This document shows positions 1 through 11,112 of a DNA stretch of 64,000 bases, in pieces. The DNA lies in NCBI GenBank assembly GCA_000091205.1, contig AP006502.2, one strand, 5' to 3'. The notes under the pieces were generated by a model, which saw only the letters and a program-made list of their open reading frames with translations, was not told the origin of the DNA and ran no database searches. The first letter of the stretch is position 1. Each line of letters opens with the position of its first letter. A program made the position numbers and the translations under genes. Source of the stretch: Cyanidioschyzon merolae. Its lineage: Eukaryota.

Positions 1-1239
1 CGTACGTGCCAATTCTTTGAGCTTATTCTCATCATGCTCAGTGCCGCTCTCAATGAAAGTTCCAACAACATGACCGTCCTGATCAATCCAAACTGCAACA
101 AGCTTTGGGTTCATTTCACCAACAACAATCGTCTTTGCTTGCGCCGGCGTATCTCCCCAAAACTTCCATGACAGGTGAAAAACTCTGCTGTAAAAGAAAG
201 GCAGATAGTCATACGGCTCCGTGGTGGCTCCCATCATTACATCCACTGCATGCATGGCGGACTGTCTGGCGTGACCCACGTGCTCCACCCGTGCCATGCG
301 GTTCCCGTACATTTTCAGGGGAAAGGTGATCACATCGCCAGCGCCGAACACATCAGCATGCGAGGTGCGTAGATGTCCGTCGACTTTGATCCCGCGAGCC
401 TCCATCGCCAATGCCCCCTCAAGGAGCGTTGTCCGAGGCTTGGCACCGACACCTACCACGACGAGGTCCGCCTCGAGCACAGGGCCATTCTTCAGGCGCA
501 CGTACTTCACTTGACCGCTTCCGTTCTCGTCAGCGAAAGAATCCACGACGGTGCCCTTGATGAAGTTCACTCCTTTCTGCGCATAGATGCGTTCATAATG
601 TGCTGCAATCTCCGGAGTAAACAGGCGTGCCATCACGTGCGGCTCCGGGAATACCATCGTCACACGAACGCCGTTGATGACCAGCGCTGCAGTGCACTCA
701 AGCCCAATGTAGCCTCCGCCCACAACAACTGCATGCTTGCCAGCGCACGCTTTCATGGCCTCGTAGAGTTTGTCGGCCTCAGCAATTTCTCGCAGGTAGT
801 GGATGCCGCCGAGGTGTGCACCCTGCATGCCTAGCTCGTCGAGATGGAGCGCGTCCGATCCAGTTGCGATGAGGAGCTTTCCATAGCCGTATTTGCTGCC
901 GTCCTTCGCCGTCAGACACTTCGAATTCAGATCACAGTCTACGATCTCGGTGGAGAGCAACAGATCGATGCCGTTCTTGGCGTACCAGTCCGGCGTCTGT
1001 GGTGCGCCACCGCCGGCAACGCAGGTGTGAAAGGCCGGTAAGCGCGTCGGCGGGTTCGCCGTCAGGTACGCCTTGGACAGCGCAGGACGCTCGTATGGTG
1101 CAACAGATTCGCGCGATATGACCGCTAGTTTGTGGCCGCTCAGTCCGTGCTTCTCAACAAACTGGCGCGCAGCATAACCAGCGGCGTTTCCCCCGCCGAG
1201 GATGACGTACTCATAAGACTTTACCGACGTGGCGCTCAT
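1..1239 (-). CDS. MDAR: Monodehydroascorbate reductase (FAD/NAD(P)-dependent pyridine nucleotide-disulfide oxidoreductase). The 3' end is truncated by the window start.
   Basis: Minus-strand translation from ATG (complement of 1237-1239) reads MSATSVKSYEYVILGGGNAAGYAARQF..AVISRESVAPYERPALSKAYL...GGGYIGLE..., colinear with plant MDAR. There is no stop before base 1. The frame is open over 413 codons. No N-terminal targeting extension, so probably cytosolic. Confidence 0.85.
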   Translation of the reverse strand, partial: MSATSVKSYEYVILGGGNAAGYAARQFVEKHGLSGHKLAVISRESVAPYERPALSKAYLTANPPTRLPAFHTCVAGGGAPQTPDWYAKNGIDLLLSTEIVDCDLNSKCLTAKDGSKYGYGKLLIATGSDALHLDELGMQGAHLGGIHYLREIAEADKLYEAMKACAGKHAVVVGGGYIGLECTAALVINGVRVTMVFPEPHVMARLFTPEIAAHYERIYAQKGVNFIKGTVVDSFADENGSGQVKYVRLKNGPVLEADLVVVGVGAKPRTTLLEGALAMEARGIKVDGHLRTSHADVFGAGDVITFPLKMYGNRMARVEHVGHARQSAMHAVDVMMGATTEPYDYLPFFYSRVFHLSWKFWGDTPAQAKTIVVGEMNPKLVAVWIDQDGHVVGTFIESGTEHDENKLKELART

Positions 1240-1582
1240 GACCAGGCAGCGCTTACAGACAGAGCTTAAACGCGTAGACCCCTTGACTTTAGGAGCTGAA
1301 ACACCTTTACCAAATAGCCTTTGGTGGTTTCCGAGCTTTTCCAGGAAACACACAAAGGAACTGAGGTGGCTTCGAGTCACCAGCCGGTGTACCTCGAGCA
1401 TGAAGCGGCAATGGACGCTTCAGGTAATGGTGCCGAACGCTCGGGATCTTGCGAATAGCGCTCGGGAGACTATTCGCGGTGTTGCCGCTGCGGCATTGCA
1501 ACACCAGTATCCATGTCATCCATGGGGGCACGTTGTTGCACTGAATCAGAGTTCATTGGAATGCGTAACAATAATAGTAGTC

Positions 1583-1866
1583 GTCGATCGTCAGAAGAGA
1601 CAGTCCTGCCATGCTCTGTTCTCGCGAAGCATTGATAGATTCGACCAGTACCCAACTGGATACGCAATGGTTGTCGATCGTCAGAAAACATAGTCCAGCC
1701 ATGCTCTTCTCTCGCGAAGCATTGGTAGATTCGACCAGTACTCAACTGGATACGCAATAGTTGTCGATCGTCAGAAAACATAGTCCAGCCATGCTCTTCT
1801 CTCGCGAAGCATTGATAGATTCGACCAGTACCCAACTGGATACGCAATGGTTGTCGATCGTCACCG
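1583..1866. repeat. 90-bp tandem minisatellite of about 3.2 copies between MDAR and the HAT-repeat gene
   Basis: The 'gtcgatcg tcagaa..' unit recurs at 1583, 1673, 1763 and 1853 with a period of exactly 90 bp. Copies are more than 90% identical by eye. The minus-strand ORF 1470..1994 is simply this repeat translated. Confidence 0.9.
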
Positions 1867-2291
1867 GGGCGACTTTTGTTCGTTCCTCTTCGAGCATCAA
1901 CTTCTGCTCGACGCACTGCTTCCAATATCCAGACACCACAAACGCCCAAGGATCCAATGCTTGCTTTCTTCTTGGTCATACACTGCATCACCAAGAACGC
2001 GATAAACTTGGAACAGAAAGTGACATAGCAATCATCAGCAGCTGCTGTAGCTCCATAGAACGCTCGAACGCTGGTGAGGGCGCTCGAGCCGTGCGCTCAG
2101 CGCCAGCGGCAGTCGAGGCACCCGCAACATCGTCAACCGGCAACGGCAATCACCGCGTGCTCCCCTGAGACAGTTTTCACGGTTATACTGTATATATTGT
2201 CGTTTTGTTTCGACTTGGCCGTACTGCCTTTTCGACTGTTCTTCTGCACAGACGCGGTCGTTTGGGGCAAGATCCGTTCGTGCTCGGCTCT

Positions 2292-4595
2292 ATGGTTGTA
2301 AGGTGTCAGCGGTACTGCGGTCGAGGCCACGCTCAAGCGTCATGTTTCGTGAGTGTCCTTGCCCGCCTTGAGCAGACACAGTTGCGACACTTTTGCCGGG
2401 CTGGTACCTTTTCTACACGTCGAGTTTGTCCCGCAGTGCATCAGAAACCGTTAATCGTTTGCTCTGGTGACGAGCGCAGGGACCCGCCGCACAGTTTGCC
2501 CAAGACTGACGGTGAGAGGAACAAGAGAACCAGTCGTTTCACCGAGGAGGAGCTACGGCGACTGTCGCAACTGGTCCAGGCAGAGCTCTTTCGCGATGAA
2601 CAGAAGCCTTTGGATGTTCTAGCGGATGCAGACTTGGCGGGGAATGCGTCTTCTGGGGCTCACGCGACGCCGGTTCGGGTGAACGTTGACCTGGGGCTCT
2701 ACAGGGCTCGCCGCGCGGCACAACGTGGCCGCTTTGACCTTGCTCGTGCTTTGTATTTGCGTTGTTTGGAGTGGGACGTAAGCGAAGGCCGCGCTTGGCT
2801 CGGACTCGCCCGCCTTGCAGAACGTGCCAATAACTTCGCTCTTGCACGTAGGCTCTTCCAATACGGGGTGCGGTTCGCAGCGACAACGGTGACGGCGACA
2901 ACTCCGGGAACTGGTACCAGCCAGGACGCAACTGTATCGGAAAGGGCGACGTCGTCGACTGAGGAGGAATCGCGCCCTGCTTCTAGGGAGACTGCGAACG
3001 CGCGCAGGCCAAGGCGTGCACGCGTAGCACCGACGTTGAACGGATCACCATCCGTCAATATTCATCTCCTACAGGCCTGGGCGGTTATGGAGGAGTCCGC
3101 GGGCAACGTGGATCGGGCGAGAAAGCTCCTTCGTTCGGCGCTTCGGGCGGCACCACATCACGTCGCATCGCTGGTGGCTTTCGCCATGCTCGAACATCGC
3201 CAAGGAAACGATGAAGCCGCGTTGCTCTATGTCTCAGAAGCGAACAAAGTCGATCCTGAGAACTACTATGCTTTGCATGTACGGGGCCTCATTGAATGGC
3301 GGGCTTTCCGTCGGTACGAAGTTGCCCGTCGTGCTTTTGAAAAGAGCCTCGCACTTAATCCCTCCAATTCCGTGACGTACCATGCCTATGCTTGTATGGA
3401 GGCCTGGGCCCTGGGCAACGTCCAGCGCGCACGCGAGCTCTTTGATACTGCTTTGAAGAAGGGGAATCCACGGAATCGTTTCATCCTGCAGAGCTGGGCG
3501 CTTTTAGAGGCCGAGAAAGCTGATGATCTGCAGGCAGCTCGAGCGCTGTTCGCAAAGGGCACGCAGGCGCACCCACGAGATGCAGCGATCTGGCAATCCT
3601 GGGCACTCGTCGAAGCCCGGAGAGCTAAAGACGTGGAGAAAGCTCGAAAACTGTTCGCTGCTGCGCTGCACGCAGACCCACAGCATTTGGCAGCGTGGCA
3701 GGCGTGGGCCATGCTAGAAGCCGACGCATCCCGCGGTGGCAGCGGCATCGAGGAGGCCCGGAAGCTCTTCCAGAGAGCAGTGTGGGCAGCACCGGATTCG
3801 CCCGATATCGGTCGTGTCTGGCATGCCTGGGCAACAGCGGAGTTCACCTACGCTCGAGATCTGGAAAGGGCCCGGCGCTGTTGCCAACTGGGCCTCGAAG
3901 CCGAGGAACGAATCCGCGATCCGGCCAATACCAGTGACGTTGACGGAAGAGCAGTATGGAGCCCGTTTGGTGTTTCGCCAGGACAATCCGGCTCGGGGAC
4001 CAGCGTCCAGAATTTTATGGTCGAGACTGAGGGTATCCAGGATTTACCGCTGATTGCAGCTGGTTCCTCGTATTTGCGAAGACAGCGATTGCGGGGACGT
4101 GGCGGTTCTTTGCGGAAGCGCTCGCAAACACGCTGCCGCCACGGTGCATTGCCGATGCTATACACACTCCTGGGTCAGATTGAGGCGCTGTGCGAGAACA
4201 TTGCAGCCGCGCGTAGATGCTTTGAAAAAGCTGTGGAAATGGATCCTGGCAATTCCGATATCTGGGAAGCGTACGAGAACATGGAGAGGGATCACGGCGG
4301 CGGTGCCGTTGCAGCGCAAGCTGTAAGTCAACGCGCCCTCATCGCCACGAGTGCTCTGGAGAGGAGTCGAGCGCGGATCGCAGCCGCCAGGGCCACAGAC
4401 CTGAGCCAAGATGACAACACGAACAGGATGAATGAGCGCTCCACAGACCCCGCTCTTTCCGTGAACGAGCTGCCGATCCAGCTCACTGAACCGCAACCGG
4501 GAGACTTTGCCTCAACTGGCACCTGGATTGAGTATCGGGAGCTGTTACGACTGAGTCACTCGGAGGTGACACGACGGCTCCGCCAAGGCCCGTAG
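2292..4595 (+). CDS. HAT/TPR-repeat protein, HCF107/MBB1-like (putative plastid RNA processing or stability factor)
   Basis: About nine consecutive HAT repeats with the pattern LLQAWAVMEESAGNVDRARKLL / FILQSWALLEAEKADDLQAARALF / AIWQSWALVEARRAKDVEKARKLF / AAWQAWAMLEADA... The pattern L/I-LQ-S/A-WA-LE...GN...AR.LF matches HCF107-type HAT proteins. The stop at 4595 is unambiguous. The start is uncertain: the ORF track opens at a TTG at 2205 (MFRLGRTAF..), and the first in-frame ATG is 2292. Confidence 0.6.
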   Translation: MVVRCQRYCGRGHAQASCFVSVLARLEQTQLRHFCRAGTFSTRRVCPAVHQKPLIVCSGDERRDPPHSLPKTDGERNKRTSRFTEEELRRLSQLVQAELFRDEQKPLDVLADADLAGNASSGAHATPVRVNVDLGLYRARRAAQRGRFDLARALYLRCLEWDVSEGRAWLGLARLAERANNFALARRLFQYGVRFAATTVTATTPGTGTSQDATVSERATSSTEEESRPASRETANARRPRRARVAPTLNGSPSVNIHLLQAWAVMEESAGNVDRARKLLRSALRAAPHHVASLVAFAMLEHRQGNDEAALLYVSEANKVDPENYYALHVRGLIEWRAFRRYEVARRAFEKSLALNPSNSVTYHAYACMEAWALGNVQRARELFDTALKKGNPRNRFILQSWALLEAEKADDLQAARALFAKGTQAHPRDAAIWQSWALVEARRAKDVEKARKLFAAALHADPQHLAAWQAWAMLEADASRGGSGIEEARKLFQRAVWAAPDSPDIGRVWHAWATAEFTYARDLERARRCCQLGLEAEERIRDPANTSDVDGRAVWSPFGVSPGQSGSGTSVQNFMVETEGIQDLPLIAAGSSYLRRQRLRGRGGSLRKRSQTRCRHGALPMLYTLLGQIEALCENIAAARRCFEKAVEMDPGNSDIWEAYENMERDHGGGAVAAQAVSQRALIATSALERSRARIAAARATDLSQDDNTNRMNERSTDPALSVNELPIQLTEPQPGDFASTGTWIEYRELLRLSHSEVTRRLRQGP

Positions 4596-7237
4596 AGCGA
4601 CCAGATGCGACTGTATTAGGTGGCTGTTTACAGAGCGGGCCTCTGCGAGGTTTCGGTCAGGCAGGGTGATCCGTCGTGCACGGAGGCGTTGTGACAAACC
4701 TCAGTGCTTTCGAAGCATGGACTGCGCCACATGATGGTCGCGCTTTTCGAACAGCGCTTGGCGAGCTTGACGAAGCTCGTGCCCCCAGCGTCGCTTTGCT
4801 GCGTTTGACAATCAGGGCAATGCCTGGTACAATGGGGCATCGTTTGCATGTGGTTCGCATGAAAGTCGACGTTGCGACGGGGACGGCGAGACCCTCGCTG
4901 CGACGCCGGTGTCAGATAAACGTGGAACTCTGAACTGCTGGCCGTGTTCCTGCTTTGACATTTTTTGCGACTGTTTTCCATACGTTCAGTCTCAAGTTGC
5001 AAAGGGCAGCAATAAGGGCTTGAGGATCCAATCGTTGTCCCAGGATTCGCAGTTGTCCTGTCGGTGTGGCGCCTTCAAATATCTCCCGTTGGAATTCGTT
5101 ACTCTACGGTTATCAAGATAATTTGCGACGCCCCCGAAGAAGCGTTTCACAACACAACCAACATCACGCTCCAATGCTTACGTACAAGCCGCCGCTCTGC
5201 TCTTATCCTTATGAGAAACGTGATCAATTCATGCATGCTTCTTGCTCCCGATCTCATCATTTCAGGGTAACACTCGGGCGCAGCAATTCGCCCTGCCGGA
5301 TTGACAAGCGAAACCAGACGACCTTAAATGAGGACCTTTTCACCAGCTCATTCCGAGAGCTGGCTGAACGTGTCATGTCAACGAATCGATTTACTCCGAA
5401 AGACAAATCTGCCTGTCCATGTGTGTATCGACGAAATGGCATTCGACAAACTCATGTTACGTTGTAGGGAATATACTCGAAGAGACTCTCGTCTCCTCTG
5501 CTTGCATGAAAAAAAGACTTGGACTCGGACATGAGTCCTCGCAGCGAGCGCCTCACTTCTAGAGTGCGTCACAGCTTTGTACGCAGTAATCGTAGACGAA
5601 TCGAATTTTCACTGGTTGTTCTCCAGCCTGCGTTTCCCTTGCGGTACTTGTGCCATCATGGACAATGATGCCATCCACATTTCGACCATCGAATGGAGCA
5701 GCGTGCACCTATGTGTGTGTGTGTGTTCGTGCATCGTACAGCGCGCTCGCCGAAACGCTCGCCCAGAAGAAACCCCTGATCGCAGGGTACAGGAAACCGC
5801 TTGGAAACGGAGGAGAGCATTGAGTGGTTCCTTCTGTATCGGCCAAGGGCATCTGTCGAGCGACGAAGCGAGCGTTCACGCTACCCAAAGCGGTTCTCCG
5901 AAAACGGAGTGTCATGGACGTTTGAGAATACCTCACCACAGCCAAGTGGCACCACTGTGAACTGCGCACTGAGCCTGTATACAAGGAGGATAGGAGTAGC
6001 GAGCGGAGCGCAGGTGCAGCTTCCGCCCTGGCGTGAAATACGAACAAGACGGCCAAAAGTGCCACGGCTGGACTTTATCGCCGCGATGAACTCCCGTCGA
6101 CGGCTGACAATGAACCCGGAGAGAATTGTACGGCCGACGGTTGCAACGCAGGATACAACAGGTCACAAAAGGAAGCATGCACATAAAAATACCGCCATGG
6201 CTGCTGTGCGCAGCAACGAAAAAAGACCCAAACTTTCCACGCGAGCTCGCTGCCCGGTCCCATTTTGTTCCTCGTACGGGTGTTGCGCGGCGCGTTCCGC
6301 ATGCAAGGCCGCCGTTCCTTCGAAGCAGATCGAGCGAAATCTGGTAGGCGGACAGCACATGTCGCGGGCCTCTGACGTGTCCCCGCTCTGATCCTGATGA
6401 GCGTTTCGCTCGATCGCCTCAGATGTTCCAATCGAATGTCGTGGCAGCCTACAGCGCGGCGATCGTGGCGCGCACGGCGAAACGTTTCGTCCACAAATAG
6501 AACCGTAGTTTCACCTGAATTATGTTCCACCACCAGACGCGTGTCCTCAAACGCTTTTCGCGGTTTATAACAGATACGTCTGAAGTGCGTTCATTTGATA
6601 CAATATAAAATCTGAAGGATCGTTATGGACATGGAAGACGGGGATTCTGGATGGTGGTTGTCATCGCCGAGTTCGACCAGGAAATCAAAAAAATCCTCTT
6701 CTCGCCGACTATCGAGTGACCAGGGGTATGTGATGAAGAAATTGGAGAGAAAGGCGAGAAAAGGTGCCTGCCCGACGTGACGATGACGGGACTTCCGTGA
6801 TTCAGAGGGCGCGAGTTCGACGACTGCGTCTAAAGGTGCGTTCTGGCAGTGACAGGGAACGCACAGAGTTCGTGCACCCAGACTTTAACGCAGCGATGAA
6901 TACCAGGTGATATGAGGTATTGCACACGCGACCCGACGAGCAGAGACGATCCACCAGCTTTGTCGGGCAGCCTTTCGGAGTCGAAGTGTGCAAGGAGAAG
7001 CTGAACCCGATACAGCACGGGGGCCCGTCGAGACAACCAGGAAGGCGTCTGCAGTTGCGAGTCATATCGACCCTCTGTGGTCGTGAAACGTTTTTCGTTT
7101 TATCGGACAGTGAGAACCGGACACGTGTCCGCGTGCGATCGCAAGCGACTGGCGTCGCATCGTTTTGCGATACGCTTGCCAGAATCTTTTCGAATTCTTG
7201 TTCTAAACGCGTGCATTATTGTGCGTTACAGGGATAC

Positions 7238-7595
7238 AATGGGAAAGTCAATAATCGCTTTCTGTTTCATGTTCATCGCACTCCTGGGCGGTGCAGTTGC
7301 GTTGCCTGTTCTCCGTCAAACGATGCTGGACGGTGGACCGAACCCTTTCGTGCCGTCCGGTGGCAGTAGCAGTACGGGAGGGAGCTCGAGCAGCGGCTCT
7401 GTCTATGGCGCTCCGACGGATAGCTCTGCAACGCGTGCACCCGTGACGTCGACTGAAACCACTATCCCCCGGGATACGGCGCCAACGCTGGTAGGTGGTC
7501 CCTTCGCCAGCGTCCTCCCGAGCCCGAGTATGATGCCCAGCCCCAGCATGATGGTGAGCCCAGGCGTGGGCACCGGGATGATGACAATCGGGTGA
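7238..7595 (+). CDS. Small secreted Ser/Thr/Pro-rich protein (signal peptide plus low-complexity tail)
   Basis: The in-frame ATG at 7238 gives MGKSIIAFCFMFIALLGGAVALPVLRQ, a canonical signal peptide. The rest is S/T/G/P-rich and ends in PSPSMMPSPSMMVSPGVGTGMMTIG. No homolog recognised. Gene status is inferred only from the signal peptide plus an open frame. Confidence 0.3.
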
Positions 7596-8000
7596 ATGGG
7601 TATGCGCTTATGAGCAGGGTGGCGACTCGCTTGAATATTCGAAACAATGGATGGTCTGGGCGCCCGCATCACGGTTCCGTGTTCCTGTCGATTTCACGTG
7701 CTTTGGCCGGGAAAAGGTACGGTACTGGTGTTAGCGGGCGGGCGCAGGACGACCCACTCGTAGATGTTTATGGTTGATCGAGAGGCGTTCCGATCTTTGG
7801 ACAGTGTAATTATCTCTAGCACGCCCGTGGGGACTGCATTACGGAAAGAAACCATGGAACGAAGAGGTACCTTCCATGCCGAATCTGTTGTAAAATTCTT
7901 TCCAGGTTTTCTAACATCATCAAGAAGCAGCATTCGCCCCAGGCCCTCAACCTCGCATTCTTCAATCCTAAAACCACGCTGAAAACCCTGTCCTTTACGT

Positions 8001-9521
8001 TCAACTGCCCAGAGGTTGCGTTGATGCCGGCTGCGGTGTATAGTAGAGAACGGCGCGCTCGTTCCGCGGTTGCAACGGGCGCACGTTTGGTTGGCCCTGC
8101 TGCGCTGCCAGGATGCGATCCACAATTCGCTGCGGCAACGAGTCACGATGGGTCAACACAATCCACTTGATGTTCTCCGAGCAAGGCGGCATCGTCAGGC
8201 TGCCTCGGTAATAGAAGAAGCAGGGCCGTGCCTCAGGGTCCAGCTCCTCGGCGGCCAGCGCCATGCCTGACTCGATTTCTCCGGCTGGCGATCGTGATGC
8301 CAGTGATGCTGCAGTGTTTTCTCGCAAGAGCGTATCCGCAAAATTGAATTCCACGAAGCGTGTGGTTCTCAGTCTACCGGGCCGAGATGGTGCCGTTTGG
8401 CTGGTCGCTGTGCTCGATGGTGGTAGCGACGAGTTCGATGCATCGGCGACCAGAGACTCAGCGTGGACACTGGCACGCGTAGCGCCGGCGGCTGCTGAGG
8501 TGTAGGTCAGCGAGGTCTCGCCATTCGTTGCGCCTGCATCCTTCTGTGCCGGAGGCTGACCAGCTGGTGCTTCATCCAGCAGCGAGAGCAGCTCATCGAG
8601 CCAGCGTGGAACCGCTGTATCAGGCGCGCCTACTGCCGCTGCGCCCGCACCGCTTCCGCTGCTCGCTGGGTTCGCCTCGGGAACCGCACGCCAGATGCGA
8701 CCAATCACGGCAACATCGTTCTCATCCGCCACGTTCCGAAACACGGCATGCATTTCGAGGTCACCACGGAAACGTTCGATGACATGCTCGCTCTGAGGTG
8801 CATGGAAGTGAATGTTCACCAGGCGATACTGTTGCACTTGCGCGTCGCTGAGTTTGACTGGAGTCGGCGCCTCAGTTGCCACAACCGATGTGCCATCGCC
8901 ATCAGTCACCTTTGGGAGCTCTGGAGGGATCTCTCGTAATATCAAGGTCGCTGCTGGAAGCGGCGCTTCAAAGCCGGTGACCGGCGGTACATCACCGACA
9001 ATAGGCGGTGGTGGCGGAATATACTGCTCGAACATCGCCAACGGCGGTTGAACGCCCGGTGGAGACGGCTCGAGACGTTTCCACTGCGCAACATTACTCC
9101 GTATCTCGAACGGAGCGGCCGCAGCCGAGTATTCAAAACGCAATGCTTCTCGCTCCGAAAGTGCTATTGGCGACTGGAAACGTCCACAAGAGCACAGACG
9201 ATATGCGTCAGCGAGACTGCCCCATTGGGACGGCCCTCGCTCTGACCCGTAGTCCCAGCAGAGGTTCTGGTTGCCTGACGCAACCTTCGGGCTTTGCGTA
9301 TCAGGAGCCTGCGCTTGCGTGGATGTCTGCCTTTGTCCGGATCCCGCGAGGTTGCTCGTAACGTTCAGGGCACCAGCGGCTGGAGCAGGGCCGCCCTGTG
9401 CGTGCACGAGAACTGGTTGGCCTAGAAGAAGCGCCGCGGAAAGAAGCGCCATGACCGCTCCTCGATCCCACGAAAGCGCTATTCGCAATAGCCTCTTGGA
9501 GCCGTTTCCAAAATTGGCCAT
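8001..9521 (-). CDS. Alpha-type carbonic anhydrase, secreted or lumenal, with long low-complexity insertions
   Basis: Contains NLCWDYGSERGPSQW...CGRFQSPIAL, then YRLVNIHFHAPQSEH..GDLEMHAVF (three zinc-ligand His in the canonical HFH / E.H.V spacing), then YYRGSLTMPPCSENIKWIVL...NVRPLQPRNERAVLYY. A signal peptide MALLSAALLLGQPVLVHAQG follows the ATG at 9452 (an alternative ATG is at 9521). The ORF track extends to a non-ATG start at 9659. Confidence 0.85.
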   Translation of the reverse strand: MANFGNGSKRLLRIALSWDRGAVMALLSAALLLGQPVLVHAQGGPAPAAGALNVTSNLAGSGQRQTSTQAQAPDTQSPKVASGNQNLCWDYGSERGPSQWGSLADAYRLCSCGRFQSPIALSEREALRFEYSAAAAPFEIRSNVAQWKRLEPSPPGVQPPLAMFEQYIPPPPPIVGDVPPVTGFEAPLPAATLILREIPPELPKVTDGDGTSVVATEAPTPVKLSDAQVQQYRLVNIHFHAPQSEHVIERFRGDLEMHAVFRNVADENDVAVIGRIWRAVPEANPASSGSGAGAAAVGAPDTAVPRWLDELLSLLDEAPAGQPPAQKDAGATNGETSLTYTSAAAGATRASVHAESLVADASNSSLPPSSTATSQTAPSRPGRLRTTRFVEFNFADTLLRENTAASLASRSPAGEIESGMALAAEELDPEARPCFFYYRGSLTMPPCSENIKWIVLTHRDSLPQRIVDRILAAQQGQPNVRPLQPRNERAVLYYTPQPASTQPLGS

Positions 9522-10916
9522 TTTCAATGCCGAGAAAGAGCAGAGCTTGGAGTGTCGCCGCAGGTGCAGGTCACGCGTCAGCGCGCAACGCTGAAGTTTC
9601 GTGGAGAGAAACCGCTTTGAGTTTCGTCGGAAACAAGCTCTACACAACAAGAACCCCATAGATCAATATATCTTGACAGAGTCTCCGATCCTTGAGTTGA
9701 ATTAAGTTGAATTAAGCGTACGTTCGCGAAGTATCGTGTCTTAAAGCGCTGAACAACGGTTCAGGTAAACGCTTCGAATATCAGCGGACGCGAAGCACGT
9801 TAAGCGCTGCGCCCGGTGGCGGCTCTCGGGCACGCCCCTGGTGTCGATGCGGCTGCTCTTATGGGGTATCGTTTACCAGCGGTATGAGCATTTCAAACGC
9901 ACAGCTCTGCTGAATTTGTGTGCAAGCAGCGCAAGTGTAAGTACAGTAGGTTGTGAATGGTCAGGTCGAGTGCGAAGCTTAGAGTCGGGAGCACATACCT
10001 GTGCTGTTTTGATCGAAGAGGGTTCCGCGCAGGTGCGCACTCCCGCGACGCTGGAGCTCCACGACGTGGACGACCCGCAACCCGCGGTGTGTCTGTTCGT
10101 TGCAGTAACCAGCATAAACGCCTCTTGGGGTGTATGCGTTCCAGAAAAGAGGAAGGCTGGCTTTCCAGGAAGCCAGTACGAGCTACCTCAGCCACGTTGA
10201 GAGACTTCAAAGTTAGTATGGGAACTGCTTCAACCAGGTAAGTGTCCCCGGCTGACGTCCAGCTGACATGATCGGTTACAAGTACACGTTTTCCCGCATT
10301 CTACAGCAGCAAAAGTCTCTGGTGTACCTAGGAAACGCTGCTGTGGACACACGTGGGCGACCCGGTCGTCGAGGTCACTCCGATCTTGTATGCATATCGT
10401 GAACGCATCCAAGCGTTTTTATGGATGCATGCGCATACGAACGCTTGCACAGATGAACGCGCGTACATAGAGACCCATGTTTATTATGAGATACACAGTC
10501 GAGCGCACTCATCGATGAACGTACGCGCATATACATACATGGTGCCAGTGACCTGCACATATGCGTAGAGGCACGGCTGCCGCCTAGGTGAACGCGCGTA
10601 CGCCGTTGCGCTTCCTGTCCTGCCAGAAGCTCACGAACAGCTGCTGTCGCATCGTACCTTGCAGCAGCGCATGCGCCCTGCTTTGCCTCGTGCCGCATGC
10701 TCGCGGAGTATGCAGCGTTCTACCCAGTCGTACCTTTGACGGATTTCGTTGCGTGGCAGCAATGGAGCATGTCGCAGGCATCGACCGTACCGTACGGTTC
10801 GTTGCTGGCCTCGTGGCACAGAGCGCATTCACTACATCGAGGAGGCGTCGCATGCTTCGCGCTCCGTAGTTCACCTGTAAATGTATACAGCAGTTTTTGA
10901 ATGAGATTCGATTGAG

Positions 10917-11112
10917 GTCACTCCATCATACTGGTACTATTCAGGAAAATTCGATTTCTCTAATGAACATATACGCTGTTGCCTCTGTCGATACAGGGCC
11001 TCGATTCCATCGAGGTGACTCCACTACACTGGTGCAATTCAAGAACTTGTTCGATTTCCCTAACGAACATGTACGCACTTGCCTCCATCAATACAGGGCA
11101 TCGATCACATTG
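10917..11112. repeat. Imperfect tandem duplication of a ~98-bp unit, immediately 3' of the gene at 11138..13378
   Basis: Unit 1 begins at 10917 with 'gtcactccatcatactggt...cgattccatcgag'. Unit 2 begins at 11015 with 'gtgactccactacactggt...cgatcacattg'. They are about 80% identical by eye. Confidence 0.6.

Noticed and set aside
105-834. Plus-strand ORFs of 65-153 aa (105..329, 175..372, 296..514, 373..834)
   Set aside because: They lie antisense inside the well-supported MDAR coding region on the minus strand and have no recognisable similarity. They are typical GC-rich antisense artefacts. Some begin at TTG/GTG that the track displays as M.
1470-1994. 174-aa minus-strand ORF with internal 30-aa repeats (FSDDRQLLRIQLSTGRIYQCFAREEHGWTM)
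   Set aside because: It is simply the translation of the 90-bp intergenic minisatellite. There is no start context or homology.
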